Assembly (NCBI GenBank): GCA_951406725.2
Contig: OX597818.1
Location: 116,560,001 to 116,624,000, forward strand
Source: Octopus vulgaris
Taxonomy: Eukaryota
Length of the DNA: 64,000 nt
Direction: 5' to 3'
In this document: one piece after another, positions 15,863-28,981 of the stretch
Layout: each line of letters begins with the position of its first letter
How positions within the stretch are numbered: position 1 is the stretch's first letter
Position numbers and translations under genes: made by a program
The notes under the pieces: generated by a model
Told to the model about the DNA's origin: nothing
Databases searched by the model: none
The model's input: only the letters and a program-made list of their open reading frames with translations

Positions 15863-17480
15863 CTAGCATTATGACCCGTCGTTGCGGGGTCATAGTGCTA
15901 GTACATGCATATATGTGTTTATATATGTGTACGTATTACATGTACATCTATATATATATACATCTACACATAAAATACAAAATCCAAAGTTATATCTCTA
16001 TATCGCTAGTGATAACAATACTCAAAATATATAACAGACTGGAATCGTAGGCCCGTCTCTTGCAATTTCGATCGATTGTATCTTGTCCTCCCTCTTGTAT
16101 AGAAGTGTGGCTACAATCCAGCCTACCTCTACTTCTGGGGGGAAATTTTTAATTTTTATCCGGGACGTCCTGCGTCCCAGATATAAAGGTGAAAAATAAA
16201 ATATTTCCACTTTGCAAGGTTCGAGTCGAGTACTCCCTTGCACGCTCCGTTGACTCGAACCTTGCTTCTATTGTGGCGAATTTACCGCCTCTGGTTAGAT
16301 ACTTGATATCTTTAATAGTCGCACCAAGACACTTTTCGATGGTGCTTTCCTCAAGGTGTTCAAATCTTTTTACTCTACGTTGTATACTTTATAGACAATA
16401 GTCTTTTCTTTAATTTAATTTTTTATTTCGTTTGGTGGTGTTATCCTAGATTCACCGTCTTTGTCGGTGATCAATCCGAAATAGGTTTGTATTTTTCCAT
16501 TTTAATTTTAATGAGTTCGCGCCCGCCGACGGCTGCAGCAAAATTCGATTTTGGACATTCTTCTATCGAAGGCATTTTAACAAAAATGCTTCCGTGTAAA
16601 CGGTGAAAATATTGTCAATTTCCCCAAACAGGGACACAATTCAATTTTTAAACAATAACCAAGGCTCGTCCCAAAGGGGGAGGGTTACGGTTTACAATTA
16701 TTTAACAAATGCAACACAACAACGTTTCCCTTACAAAGAACCGACAAACATGATAACAATAGTTAAGCAGTAATAATAATAGCAAGAAACCTCACGGTGA
16801 ATCAAAAAGCAGTACGCAGTTGAAGCTATAGTCCTTTTATGTATAATAAATAAACTAACAGCAGTACTCAGTAGAAGCGGCTGTTCGAGAAAACAGACAT
16901 TACATACAGCCAAACTTCATATAGATACTTAATGCTAGTTAATTAGTAGATAATCTAATGTAAAAGCCGTGGTAAACGGTATGTGCACAGCTCCATCTGG
17001 ACTCTTCCATTTCTGCACTTAAATTTTATTTTTAATTTATTCCCATTCATGTGAAACCACTTATTCAAGTTCAAATCATTGATGCAATTTTATACCAATT
17101 GCTATTTTTACTTTTAATTGTTATGTTACGATTTAATTATGATATTATACTTTACTTTGATTTTAATTATTAATTACTACATATAATTCAATTGCTATTA
17201 TTATCTATAATTTTTATTGTTAAAGTGAAAGTATCTGACATAAAAAAGAGAAATGTTTTTGTTTCACTTTTAACACGTAATACTGAAATAGTGAAGATAT
17301 GATATTGCTATGGGCTCGCCCTAGGCAAGAAGTTGAACATTTTTTTGCCCATGAAACTACATGGACCCTAAGTAAGGCATGTGTAAAATTTGAATGAAAT
17401 TGGTTGTGTAGTTCTCAAGTTTTAGGGAAACACACAGACAGACAGACAGACACACATTCTCAGTTTTATATATAGAGAGA
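15863..17480 (-). mobile_element. Non-autonomous Helitron
   Basis: Minus strand starts A|TCTCTCTATATATAAAAC with subterminal (CTGT)n and ends with hairpin cccg-caacga-cggg then CTAG|T; no TSD. That the two ends belong to one element is inferred. Confidence 0.78.
16025..16500 (-). pseudogene. LINE ORF1-like N-terminal fragment inside the Helitron
   Basis: Manual translation ...KTIVYKVYNVE*KRFEHLEESTIEKCLG...ATIEARFESTERAREYS...PLYLGRRTSRIKIKNFPPEVEVGWIVATL; resembles HIGRVPPELEEAWLMTAI at 29728-29781. Confidence 0.7.
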
Positions 17481-17599
17481 TATGTTGAGAATAACTACAA
17501 AACTACTTTTATTCTCATTCCCTTTGAAATTGCTATCATTCGTGCTTTGGGCTTTAACTGCCCTTTCTAGCATGCAAGGTGTCCTGGCAAAGGTCACCC

Positions 17600-18265
17600 C
17601 TTTTGTGTAAAAATACGTAAATTGCTTCTACACCGGAAGGCTCGGAGAATGGTGCATTGTCGGGGTAGGGTGGAGGAGTGGTAGGTGAGGGGAAACGGGA
17701 GACTAACAAAGGCGGGGCGGATGCGGGGAGAGAGAGCAGAGGCACGGTCGACGGAAGTGCTCCAGCAAGAGTGTGGGGATAGTGGTGAGGCGTTAACTAT
17801 GAAGGATGAAGTGGCGAGCCATGAATTGAGACTGAGTCTCAAAGTCATGGTTGTCACTGCAGAACCTGTGCAGATGGAGGAATTGGGAGTAGGGGATGGA
17901 GAGCTTGATGTGGGTAGGGTAAGAGCAGGAGAAGTTGAGGTATGAGTATGAGTCGGTGTTTGTAGGGGATGGAGGTGGTGAGAGCGAGTGGTGTATGTCG
18001 ACCGAAATGTCGAGAAAGGCAACGGAAGTGTTGGAAATAGTGCAGGAGGATTCGAGGGCAGAATGGAAGGACTGAATAAATGAGAGGAAGGAGTCTAGTT
18101 GTTCGTGGGTGAGCGACATCACACCGATACAGTCATCAATATAACGACCGTATAGTTCGGAAGTGGGGCCAGTGAATCTTGAAAATATTTGGGCCTCAAC
18201 GTTGCCAATGAACGGCTTCGCATAGTTGGGGCTCATTCTCGCTCCCACGACCACCCCCGAGAAAT
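17600..18265 (-). pseudogene. Penelope-like element reverse transcriptase fragment
   Basis: GVVVGARMSPNYAKPFIG...YGRYIDDC...F...VAFLDISV, followed after a frameshift by TDSYSYLNFSCSYP..K.SIPYSQFL.L.RFCS (PLE thumb motif). Confidence 0.92.
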
Positions 18266-19441
18266 GTTGGTTATTATTACAATACAATAATATTATTTTC
18301 CAGCGAAATAAAGCACCGTAAAAGTAGAATTACAAATAGGAAATAATGGCCCAACAAGGTACCAATTTCCCACTGATCTTAGTTCTGTTTATGGCTGGGG
18401 CTATTGGCTGAGTATAGAGGCATTGATGTAGCGGATATTTTAAATTTAGTCTCTTCGGTAGACCTAGCTGACGAGAACCAATCATTTTTATGACACCAAA
18501 AGTATCCTGGAAAGTTCGAAACTCGAGTACCAGGTTGTCCATTTCTCTGGCGTTCTTCATAGAAATAAGACGAAATGTTTTTCATATTCGCCGCACGCAC
18601 AAATCTTTGCCTCTTTATCAGTGAAGTTTTAACTAGCGTCGAATGGTTAACAACTGCTCTTTCCAGCAAAAAATGGTACTTTGTTGTGGCACTGTTTCCT
18701 ATATATATATATATATACATATAATAAAGTAACAAGCTTGGCACGAAAAGGGTTTGACAGAAACAGCAAAGTACATGTTACAATAAATATAAAGAGATTT
18801 TTAAAGGAACACAAACATATAAAATATTTTATCAAGGGAAATTATATGAAAACGTTTTTTCTATAGTTTTGGGTCCTTCTATGTTTCGTAATGTTCTTAG
18901 AACTAGTAACAAACATTTCATTTCACTTTAAATTGTGAATATTCTAGAATAATTTATGAAAACTTAGCATTTTATTCATGGATATTTAAAGTTTAATACT
19001 TTTCAGGCTAATTAACAGATCTGTAAACATTGTAATCTCTTTTAAGGGAATTTACTTCACCCAAAACAGCAACGAACTCATGAATATCTGTGAAAGCATT
19101 CATAGAAAAACATATAGGTACCGCACGGTTGATTTTCAATAGAACGCACATATAAGTGTGCATGTATGGACGTATGCAATGTATGTATGTATCTATCTAT
19201 ACACATTCATACACACACATATACATATAAGCACATATAAGCACATATAAGTATGTAGGTAAAATCCAGGTTGCATGCGTCTATACATATACATTGAATT
19301 TTACACATACATCACGCGAACGCCTTTCACCACATAAGATTTTCAATCTAAATCTTTTAAATGCATATATATATTTGCATACATACACACAGACACACAA
19401 ATGCATCTTTATATATATGTATACATACATACATACATACA

Positions 19442-19477
<36 letters not shown>

Positions 19478-20619
19478 TATATGTGTGTGTGTGTGTGTTG
19501 TGTGTGCGTGTGTGTCTGTGTAAATATATGTATGTATATATGCGTGTATATATGTATGTATCTTATGTATTGAAATACATACACACACATACACGCACTT
19601 ATATAAGCTAATAAATTAGAGCCAGTGCAAACAGTATTACGATGGTATTGGGACCGGGTTGTTACAAGTTTTATGTGAAAATTCTCATAAAATATTGATA
19701 TGAAATGTATTATCCAAAACGTCTGCCTTGATGATAATGTATGTATGTATGTATGTATGTATGTATGTATGTATGTATGTATGTATGTATGTATGTATGC
19801 ATGTATGTATGTATGTATGTATGTATGTATGCATGTATGTATGTATGTATGTATGTATGTATGTATGTATGTATGTATGTATGTATGTATGTATGTATGT
19901 ATGTATGTATGTATGTATGCATGCATGTTTGTATCTATGGACTATGTAGTTCTATGTATTATTCATTCAGCCTGTTTGGATTGTCTGGGGAGATCTTAAT
20001 CATCTTAGTAGCGTTTCAGCAAGCGAAGAATGTAACTCTTCTTGAATACCTTACAGTTCGCTGATACTGAATATCGATATATATACATATATAGAATTCA
20101 TTAGTGTGTGGGTGTCTTTATCAAAGTGCGACCTGCCTTTCTTCATGCTCTCTTTCTTCGTGTTCTCCTTCAGGTTCCAGGTCATTTTAACTACCTATAC
20201 AGTATAGTTGTATTCTTGATTAACTCTGGTATGTCCTATAGTTTGGTTCTGCAAAACCCACCCCGTTTACCGCTGTTTTCCGCCTACTCATCGATGAATT
20301 ACTTGCTGCCACATCCAACAGAACCTACTCTTATGCAGATTATACAACCCTTAATCCCTTCCTAATCATCTTTATGTAACCTGTACTCCACACACCATAT
20401 CCATCCTGCAGTGGGTCCATGCCAATCTCGTCACTTTTACCATCGAAAAATATTAAGCTCTACTCATATCCAGTAAACAGCATCGCACCACCTCTAAACA
20501 TACGCGACAAACAACTAGAATGTTCATAAACCGGGGTCCCTAAAACCGAGAATCTGATAAAACCCTCATTTTCGGCATACCCAAGACCGCATCTCAAAAA
20601 ATCTACCCCTTTACATTTG

Positions 20620-20772
20620 GGCTAGAATATGTGGTAGCTCCCAACTGCTGATGACAGTGAACGTGGCTTTAGTGAGTCCTGCAATGGATTACTGCTCGCG
20701 TATTTAGTACGGTGCTGGTGCTACACACATCGACATCCTGGATCACATGGCAAATGTCATTCGGTTGTTTAA
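20620..20772 (+). pseudogene. CR1/Jockey-group LINE RT C-terminal remnant
   Basis: VSPAMDYCSRI*YGAGATHIDILD resembles the RP.MEYCS.IW.GA...L..LD motif. Confidence 0.55.
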
Positions 20773-20776
20773 AGGA

Positions 20777-20945
20777 CGCACTGGGGTCGATGTAACCGTT
20801 TGTCTGTCCTTGTTTGTCCCCTCTGTATTTAGCCCTTTGTGAGTAGTAAATAAATATGTATTTCGTCTGCTGTTACGTTCTGAGTTCAAGTTACGCCGAG
20901 GTCGACTTAGCCTTTCATTCTTTCGGGGTCGATAAAATAAGTATC
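20777..20945 (+). mobile_element. SINE A composite fragment (tail 1 joined to truncated head and core)
   Basis: ...gagtagtaaataaatat|gtatttcgtctgctgttacgttctgagttcaag... Confidence 0.85.
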
Positions 20946-21168
20946 TATTTCTTTACTGCCCACAAAGGGCTAAACACAGACAAGGACAGAAAAATGGATT
21001 AAGTCGATTACATCGACCCCAGGGCGTAACTGGTACTTATTTAAACGACCCCGACAGGATGAAAGGCAAAGTCGACCTCGGCGGAATTTGAACTCAGAAC
21101 GTAGCGCAGACAAAATACAGCTATGCATTTCGCCCGGTGTGCTAACGTTTCTGCCAGCTCGCCACCTT
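20946..21168 (-). mobile_element. SINE A, full length, tail type 1
   Basis: Reverse complement of the 30984-31213 type copy. Confidence 0.9.
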
Positions 21169-21934
21169 TATCTATCTATAATAATGCTCCACCAAGACCG
21201 TCAGTTGAAGATCCAAGTGCTTCTGAAGTTACAATTGCACAGTGATGAAAGTTGAGGCCCATTTATGTTTGTGTCTGTATATTTTGTCTTTGATGATTTC
21301 ATTTGTTCATCTTTGATATTGAAATAGTGATATTTTCAGCACTTATACAAATACAGTTGAAACTTTTGCGGAATTTCTATTATCTATGAATTAACTTGTG
21401 CATTAAATCAGAGAAATTTGTTGTTATGTTTGAAAGAACATTTGAAGTAAAATGGCAGTGGAAACCCATAGTTATCAATTTTCGGTTTATGCACATCAAG
21501 GTGTTATTCGCATCTTATATGTATTGTATTTCATTTTAAAACTCGTTTTGTGCTAAAGCAGTGTTATAATATTATAATATCAATCGCGGTTGGACAACTC
21601 TTCGTCGAACGAAATGTTAACGACCCGTCTACTGGAGTTCCTGAATATGTTACTTGATTAATTCTATGTAAATGTGCTTTAAAATGCGTATTAAAATGTA
21701 TGAACGTTTCATGGTTATTTCCTTACGGAAGATATTTTGCTGTAATGTACGTTTAAACCAATTGACATTGAATTAACAAACTTAGTACAAGTTAATGGGA
21801 TTTTAAATCAAATTCTCTCGATGTTTTTATAAGCACTTTCTGAATTTAACTTTAGTAAAGCTTTATGAAAGCGTTGTGATGTAATAAAATAATCGAACGC
21901 CATGGCTTGTAGTTGCTTCTTATATCTTTCAACT

Positions 21935-22312
21935 CTATATCTTTTATTTGTTTCTGTATTTAGACTGCGGCCATGCTGGGGCACCGCCTTGAAGAGCTTT
22001 TAGTCGAATCAATCGACCACAAAACATTTTTTTTACACCTGCCACTTATTCTATCGTTATCTTTAACTGAACCGCTAATTTACGGGGGAGGGGGCGTAAA
22101 CAAACCAGTATCGGTTGTCAAGCGGTGGTGGAAGACAAACACATACATATCTATATATACGATTGGCTTCTTTCAGTTTCTGTCTATCAATCTATCAATT
22201 CCACCCGCAAGGCTTTGGTCTGTTCGAGGCTACAGTAGAAGACAGATACCCAAGATTTTACGCACTGGGACTGAACCCTGGGAGGCAAACTTCTTACAAC
22301 ACAGCCACGCCT
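21935..22312 (-). mobile_element. SINE B
   Basis: gactgcggccatgctggggcaccgcc...gaggctacagtagaagaca...acacagccacgcctg. Confidence 0.85.
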
Positions 22313-22880
22313 GTGACTTTGTTATTAATGATCCCGATATGACTGCTTTAATGAAGTATAATGAAGTCACGATGACTTAATTCAAAGAATTCCTCTTAAG
22401 ATTTTGAACACGATGCGATTATGGCTTTCACCTCCTTAATGGACCATGTTTAGATTCAGAAAGGACTTAATAGACTTAATTATCTTTTACAGATTTTAAT
22501 TTAAAAGCCTCTGCAAATACTAATATTAAAATTATCAGTTTCAGGAATATTATTTTGAAACTCGGTGAAGGCAAATATCTGTTGTACAGGCAGCTCAAAT
22601 AAAATGATGATCTTGTTTATAAATAAAATAAGTAAACTTCCATCGTATTGAAAAGAAATATTTTCGACAATATAAGTAATTGGATCGACAACTTCACGTT
22701 GAAGGAAAAGTCATTTTAGTAATATCTCCTATTACAAAGCAAGCTTTAACACTAAACGAACTTCAAGAGGAAATGCATTACATGAAGGAAACCTATGACA
22801 CACAGATGTGCAAATACACACACGTACACACATAGAAGCACACATACACACATGTACGCGCGCACGCACGCTTGCAAAAG

Positions 22881-23468
22881 TTGGACGGTTTATGAACGCC
22901 ACGCCAAAATGCTAAAGCACTTCTATATGAACTGCCTGAGGAACTTCAACCGTGTTTCGTGGTCTGCTACCACAACAGCTCCTTTATAGGATCCAGTTAG
23001 CTCAAGGCATCATCAGGAGGAACCACGTCCGGTTTCGGCCCCTACTCCTCTATCGTTCTGACGTGGCGCACCCCCCTTTCGGAGGTGTTTTCGGGTCCGG
23101 TGTTGGGTGCATGTCTTCTTTCTAAACCACTTCCACATGAACTGCCTGAAAAAAAACAGATGAAGGTTTCCTAGCAAGACAAGGTCACAGACAGAGAGGT
23201 CCTCTTTCGAGCTGATCTGCCAAGCATTTACACACTGCTGAGGAGAGCGCAAGTGAGATGGGCGAACCACCTTGTTCGAATGTCTGACACGCGACTCCCC
23301 GAGATATTGTTTTACAGCGAACTGGCGGAAGGCAAACGCATGCATGCTGGACTGAAAAAGCGCTTCAAGGATACACTCAGAGTGTCACCGAAGATCAACC
23401 CCGACACATGGGAAATGCAAGTACAAGACCATCCATCCTTGCGATGCTGCACCAACAGAGGCACCACC
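22881..23468 (+). pseudogene. RTE-clade LINE ORF C-terminal fragment, interrupted by an insertion
   Basis: WTVYERHAKMLKHFYMNCLR ... RWANHLVRMSDTRLPEILFYSELAEGKR..G.KKRFKDTL. Confidence 0.9.
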
Positions 23469-24144
23469 TCTCTATATATAATAATAATTTCATTGGGAGA
23501 TGTAACACTGGTGTTTACTGTATTAAACCCATCCTAGAATACTAGCTATCTGATAAAGATGTAATCTAGAGATCGTTTGTTCTACCAAACTAATGTCTGA
23601 ATATCCAGAAGTATCCATATAGATTTTGTAATGCCAAAACAATAAGGTGAATGAACGAGTAATTTTACTAGTTCTATTTACAACTGTTTCACATTAATTC
23701 AAACAATCAATCTTGCAACATTATATAATAATACATGAAACTAATAATTACTTGCCATATGTCATTCAGGTCAACTCTAGTAACACATGTTTAATATGAT
23801 TGTTCGGAACTGCATATAAAATAACACGGTGAAATCACAGAACACTGAATATGTACACATTACAAATGGGGGTGTTCGCATGATTATTTTTACATAATAC
23901 AAGCAAATTTGTGACGAGAATTTAATTGATCAAGAAAAAAACATTGTTTAGACGCGATAATGAATTATTCTTTGGTTGACAAGTTTAATATCACTAACGG
24001 GATTTTATTGCCGTTTGTCTCATTAAATAAATCTAATGTTTTATGATGCTTTGAGAGACATTCCCTTAAATAGTTAGGTAGAAAGTCGAGACAGAAAAAA
24101 ACAGCAAATCATTTTTTCCCGACGTTCTAACAAAAAAGGTGTCG

Positions 24145-24350
24145 AGTGGGCAAAATGGCTTGCGCGCTGGGTAAAATGCTTAGCCGCATTTCGTTCGTTT
24201 GTACGTTCTGAGTTGAAATTCTGCCGAGGTCAACTTTGTCTTCAACCCTTTCGAGGCCGATAAAGATACCTGTTGAGAACAGGACTTGATGTGATCAACT
24301 TCCCCCTCCCCCAAAATTGCTGGCCTTGTGTCAAAATTTGAAACTAATAT
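24145..24350 (+). mobile_element. SINE A, tail type 2
   Basis: gttctgagttgaaattctgccgaggtcaactttg...ccccaaaattgctggccttgtg.caaaatttgaaac. Confidence 0.8.
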
Positions 24351-24599
24351 CTCCAGACAAAATGCTATGTATCATGCATAAGTACTGCCTTAGCTCACTT
24401 AAATACCGTCCAAATTTCTTTCAAAGTTTTATTAAACTGCTTTCTCTAGTTTGAATTCCACCCGTGTCTACTCTGCATAATATCTATCTTGTCAGTTCAC
24501 AAAATATATACCAGCTGTGTGCTGGGGTGAAATTAACCGAAGATTCTCTTTCCAAACTAATATTAGACATTGTAAACGTATGAGAGGTAATAGCGGTTG

Positions 24600-24790
24600 A
24601 AAATTTTGGGATAAGGCCAGTAATGTCGGAGTAAGAAGGGAATCAATTACTCAACTGCTACTTATTTTACCGATCCAAAAGGATGAAAAGCAAAATCGAT
24701 CTCGGCGTAATTTGAACTCAGAACGTGCATACAGTTGAAAATCCGCTTAGCATTTTCCGGCGCTGTAACGATTCTTCCATCTCATCGCCC
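24600..24790 (-). mobile_element. SINE A, diverged
   Basis: ggatgaaaagcaaaatcgatctcggcgtaatttgaactcagaacgt. Confidence 0.75.
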
Positions 24791-25171
24791 TGTATGAGAA
24801 GTAATGTTATCAAGACTGTGGAATCACAGTATAAACAGAACAAGAGACAAAAAGCATTTTTGGTATTCCCAAAAGCATTTTGTGTATTCAGCCGCATATT
24901 AAGTTCTGACATCAAATGCCACCTTGGATAATTTTGGTGTTCCTGGGTGAATGTAATAAGTGCGATGCAAATAGATGGAGCGCAAGGAGGATCCGGTAGT
25001 CAACAATTTCGATTCGTTATGAAGAGAGCTCAAGTTCGATTTCTCTGATTGTCTTTTTAAGCAAGTGTTTTCAAATTTATCTTCGGATCGAACAAAACAT
25101 GTGAAACAGAGAGAATACTTATTGCATTCACTGTCTGTCTGTCTTTCTGTCTGTCTCACTCTTATTGTTCT

Positions 25172-25219
<48 letters not shown>

Positions 25220-25479
25220 GCTCACATGTATATATATATATATATATATATAGGCGTTTGTGTATGTCTTTGTGTCCTCCACCGTAGCTACACAAACGGT
25301 TTTGGTGCTTTTATCGCTGTAATTTAGCGATTCAGCAAAAGTAGGCGATACAGTAAGTATCGGGATTTAAAAAAGTGCCGTTGTCGACTGGTTCGGCTAA
25401 TTGTTTTCAAAACAGTGCCCCAGAGTGGCCGCAGACGAATTTACTGAAACGAAGAAAGGATAAAAGATAAAAGACAGTT

Positions 25480-25715
25480 CGGTTTCCTTGTACGTCTGCA
25501 CTGTCCTGTTTTTGCTCCTAACATTGACCCTCTATAAATCCTAAATTTTATTTTAGAATTTATGGGTGCAAGTGTCTTTGAAGACTCATATTGTCGTTGA
25601 ATGCTCGAAATGGGGAGTAGACAGACAACCGACAACTGATGAAGGGTCCTTTCTCTATGGATACTTTACATATTTCATGTCGTTTGCACAGTTGGTTTCG
25701 TTCTGTTCCCTTACA
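25480..25715 (+). mobile_element. Dispersed repeat, second copy of 5325-5582
   Basis: Visual alignment to the reverse complement of 5325-5582. Confidence 0.65.
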
Positions 25716-25729
25716 TGCATATACATACA

Positions 25730-25804
<75 letters not shown>

Positions 25805-26264
25805 TGTCAAAGATTAGGTTAATAAAATATGGGAGATTCATATACAATGATAGTATTATAATCTCTTACAAAACCTTTTTTGCTAAATTTTAAGCCCACA
25901 AAATTAGTTGGTTCCTTATACACGTTAAAATATCTGGGAATTGAAATTGCGATCATACGATCGCAAGTCCGCTGCCCTAACCACTTGCGCCTCCATCCTG
26001 GCTATTGTAAACAGAAGGAGAAAGCATACTGTCGCTGCGCTGCTGTCGCTATTGCACTCGCTTCTCTAGCAAGCATTGCAGCTGAGCTATGAACGTAAAG
26101 GATAACGCGTGTTTCCTGCTGCTATGAAATATGTACAAATTGCAATCAAGGCTGTCGCTGCTGCCATTGTTATAATTATTGTTTTCTTATTCTTTAGCCC
26201 TCGGCTCAAATGTGCTCCACTCATGCAATTCTGATCGCTACTCTTCTTTTATCTCTTACATATT

Positions 26265-26838
26265 TTCTTATTTCAGTCATTAAACTGCGGCCGTGCTGGG
26301 GCATAACTTTCAAGAAATTTTAGTCGAATGAAGAATCGGTGCCAGTGTTTATATCTTTTAAAGACTGGTGCTTATTCTATCATTTAATTTTGCCGCACCG
26401 CTAGATTACAGGGTGCGTAAACACACCAACACCGGCTATGGAGTGATGGGGAGGAAACACACACACACACACACATACACACAAACATGCACACACACAC
26501 AACGGGCTCCTTTCAGTTTCTGTCTATCAACCAAATCCACTCAAAAGCCTTTGGTCTATCGGTCCATTTTGCCGAACCGCTAAGTTACGGGACGTAAACA
26601 CACCAGCATCGGTTATGAAGCGATGTGGGGGGGGGGGGGAGAAACACAAACACATACACACATACATATAGATACCACGAGCTTCTTTCAGTTTCCGTCT
26701 ACCAAATCCACTTTCAAGGCTTTGGTCGGCCCGAGGCTATAGTAGAAGACACTGGCCCAAAGTGCCACGCAGTGGGAATGAACCCGGAACCATGTGGTCG
26801 GTAAGCAAGCTACTTACCACACAGCCATTCCTGCGCCT
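26265..26838 (-). mobile_element. SINE B, nested or duplicated copies
   Basis: Complete head (...ccacacagccattcctgcgcc) and two body segments. Confidence 0.88.
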
Positions 26839-27388
26839 ATATGTACACATATATATATAGATATCGACCACAGTACTCTTTATTTTAAGATTCATACTTA
26901 ATCCATCGGTTCTTTTGACGGAACACTAAGTCACGAGGACACCGTCAATAATTCCAAGTTCAACGCAAGCAAGTTTTATTAGTATTGCAGAAATTTTTAG
27001 TTCTTCAAATTCCTGAATTCGGTGATCCAGCATGACCGCAGTCTAATATCTGAAGGAAGAAAAAGATACAAAATTATCGTGGATTGTTGTGTGACATGAA
27101 TTACTGGAAGGGAGATGAGGCTTATCTTCTGCTCCGTAGATCAATATCGTTAGCATCCGTTGTAGAGAGGAGACGATCTTAGCGATGTTTCTTGATATTT
27201 GCGGCGCACAATCTATCTGTATAAATCTGGTTTTAAAATGCGTTGGGTACGGCATTCTTGATAGTCAGAATTATACGTGCTTTTAAAGCAACGCCCACTA
27301 TAGTAAAGAAAGTATCACTAATGGGTGACCTTATTATTGTAAGTTTACTTTGTCATGAACACTCACCCTCGCCCTCTCAATATTCATT

Positions 27389-27419
<31 letters not shown>

Positions 27420-27422
27420 ATT

Positions 27423-27472
<50 letters not shown>

Positions 27473-27887
27473 CATATATATATATATACACACACACATA
27501 TACATATATATACACATACACACATACATAGAAGTAAATATAGGGAAATAAATGTGTATGTGCGTATATATATATATGTATATACACACACATATATATA
27601 TATACTTATATATATATATATATATATTACACACACACACAAATATATATATATATATATATATAACATTATATATATGTATGTACACACACACATACAT
27701 ACAAACATACATACATACATACATACATACATAGAAGTAAATGTGTATGTGTATATATAAATATATATATATACACATATATATATACTTTATATTATAT
27801 ATGTATATAAATATATATATCGAGAGAGAGACACAGACACACAAATATGCACACATATATGTGCATCTCTGCGTGAGTCTGTGTGTG

Positions 27888-27964
<77 letters not shown>

Positions 27965-28024
27965 AATGAAGAATAATATATATAATAAAAAATTATATAT
28001 ACATATATATACATACATATATAT

Positions 28025-28186
28025 ATAGTTTGAATTGATAAAAAGAACAAAAGACAGTAGTATAAACATCAAGCAGGTGTATTACTTTAACGCTCGAGAG
28101 GGTGAAAAGTCTTTTACGTTTCGAGCCCACGCTCTTCAACAGAAAGGAATACTAAGAAATAAACAGACAGAGAATAAAAATAGAGG

Positions 28187-28190
<4 letters not shown>
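28025..28190 (-). mobile_element. Short Penelope-type repeat with minimal hammerhead-like motif
   Basis: Minus strand cttt-CTGTTGA-agagc-gtgg-gctc-GAAAC-GTA-aaag; related copies at 37745-37945 and 62705-62970. Confidence 0.7.
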
Positions 28191-28265
<75 letters not shown>

Positions 28266-28981
28266 TGTCCTCAACGTCAGCAACAGCGTTAAAATTCAAA
28301 TCATACTTTAAGTAAATAAATTCCTGTTGTTCTTTACTTCGCGTTTCTTGTACTAAAGTGCAACATTTCATCGCTCTTCGGTTTCCTGGCCACTCTCAAA
28401 ATTCTCTATTATACGTTACACATAGAATATGTACTCCAGTCGAGTTATTATAAGCTTCATGTGGTTTACCTCCTTTAATTTTCCTTCCATTCAGTGGCCC
28501 CTTCGACCTATTGTACTTATGCTGTTTGACCTTTTGATGTATGGACCATTAATCATTACCAGAATTGAATCTCCCTTTTCCCTATTTAACTGTGTTCTAT
28601 TCTGCTATATATTATTATTATTCCTTCCTTTCAAAAAAACAAAACAAAAAAACCCCAGACATAAATAGGTCTTATTACTAGTCGTTTATCCTTAATGGAA
28701 CTGGTTTGAACGTTTGAGATGCTACGTATACTTATTGTCACAAAAAAATGTTTGAAATATTGGTTGATTTAATATCGCCGAAAGGTGAAGTTCCAGTAAC
28801 ATATGATTCTTACTTCTTTAGGGGATTCTTCAGTATTTAGCAGAAAAGAAATAAAACCGTAGATGAATTACAACTGAATAAACAAACAAAATTACGCACA
28901 TTTATATATATAGTCAACCTATTTAAATAGTGGTATACATGAATGCACACAAATTTAGATATCCACACATATTCTTATAGC

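Noticed and set aside
18379-18698. Minus-strand 106-codon open frame as a terminal exon
   Set aside because: Acceptor is only (TA)n+AG, no recognisable domain, no linked exons.
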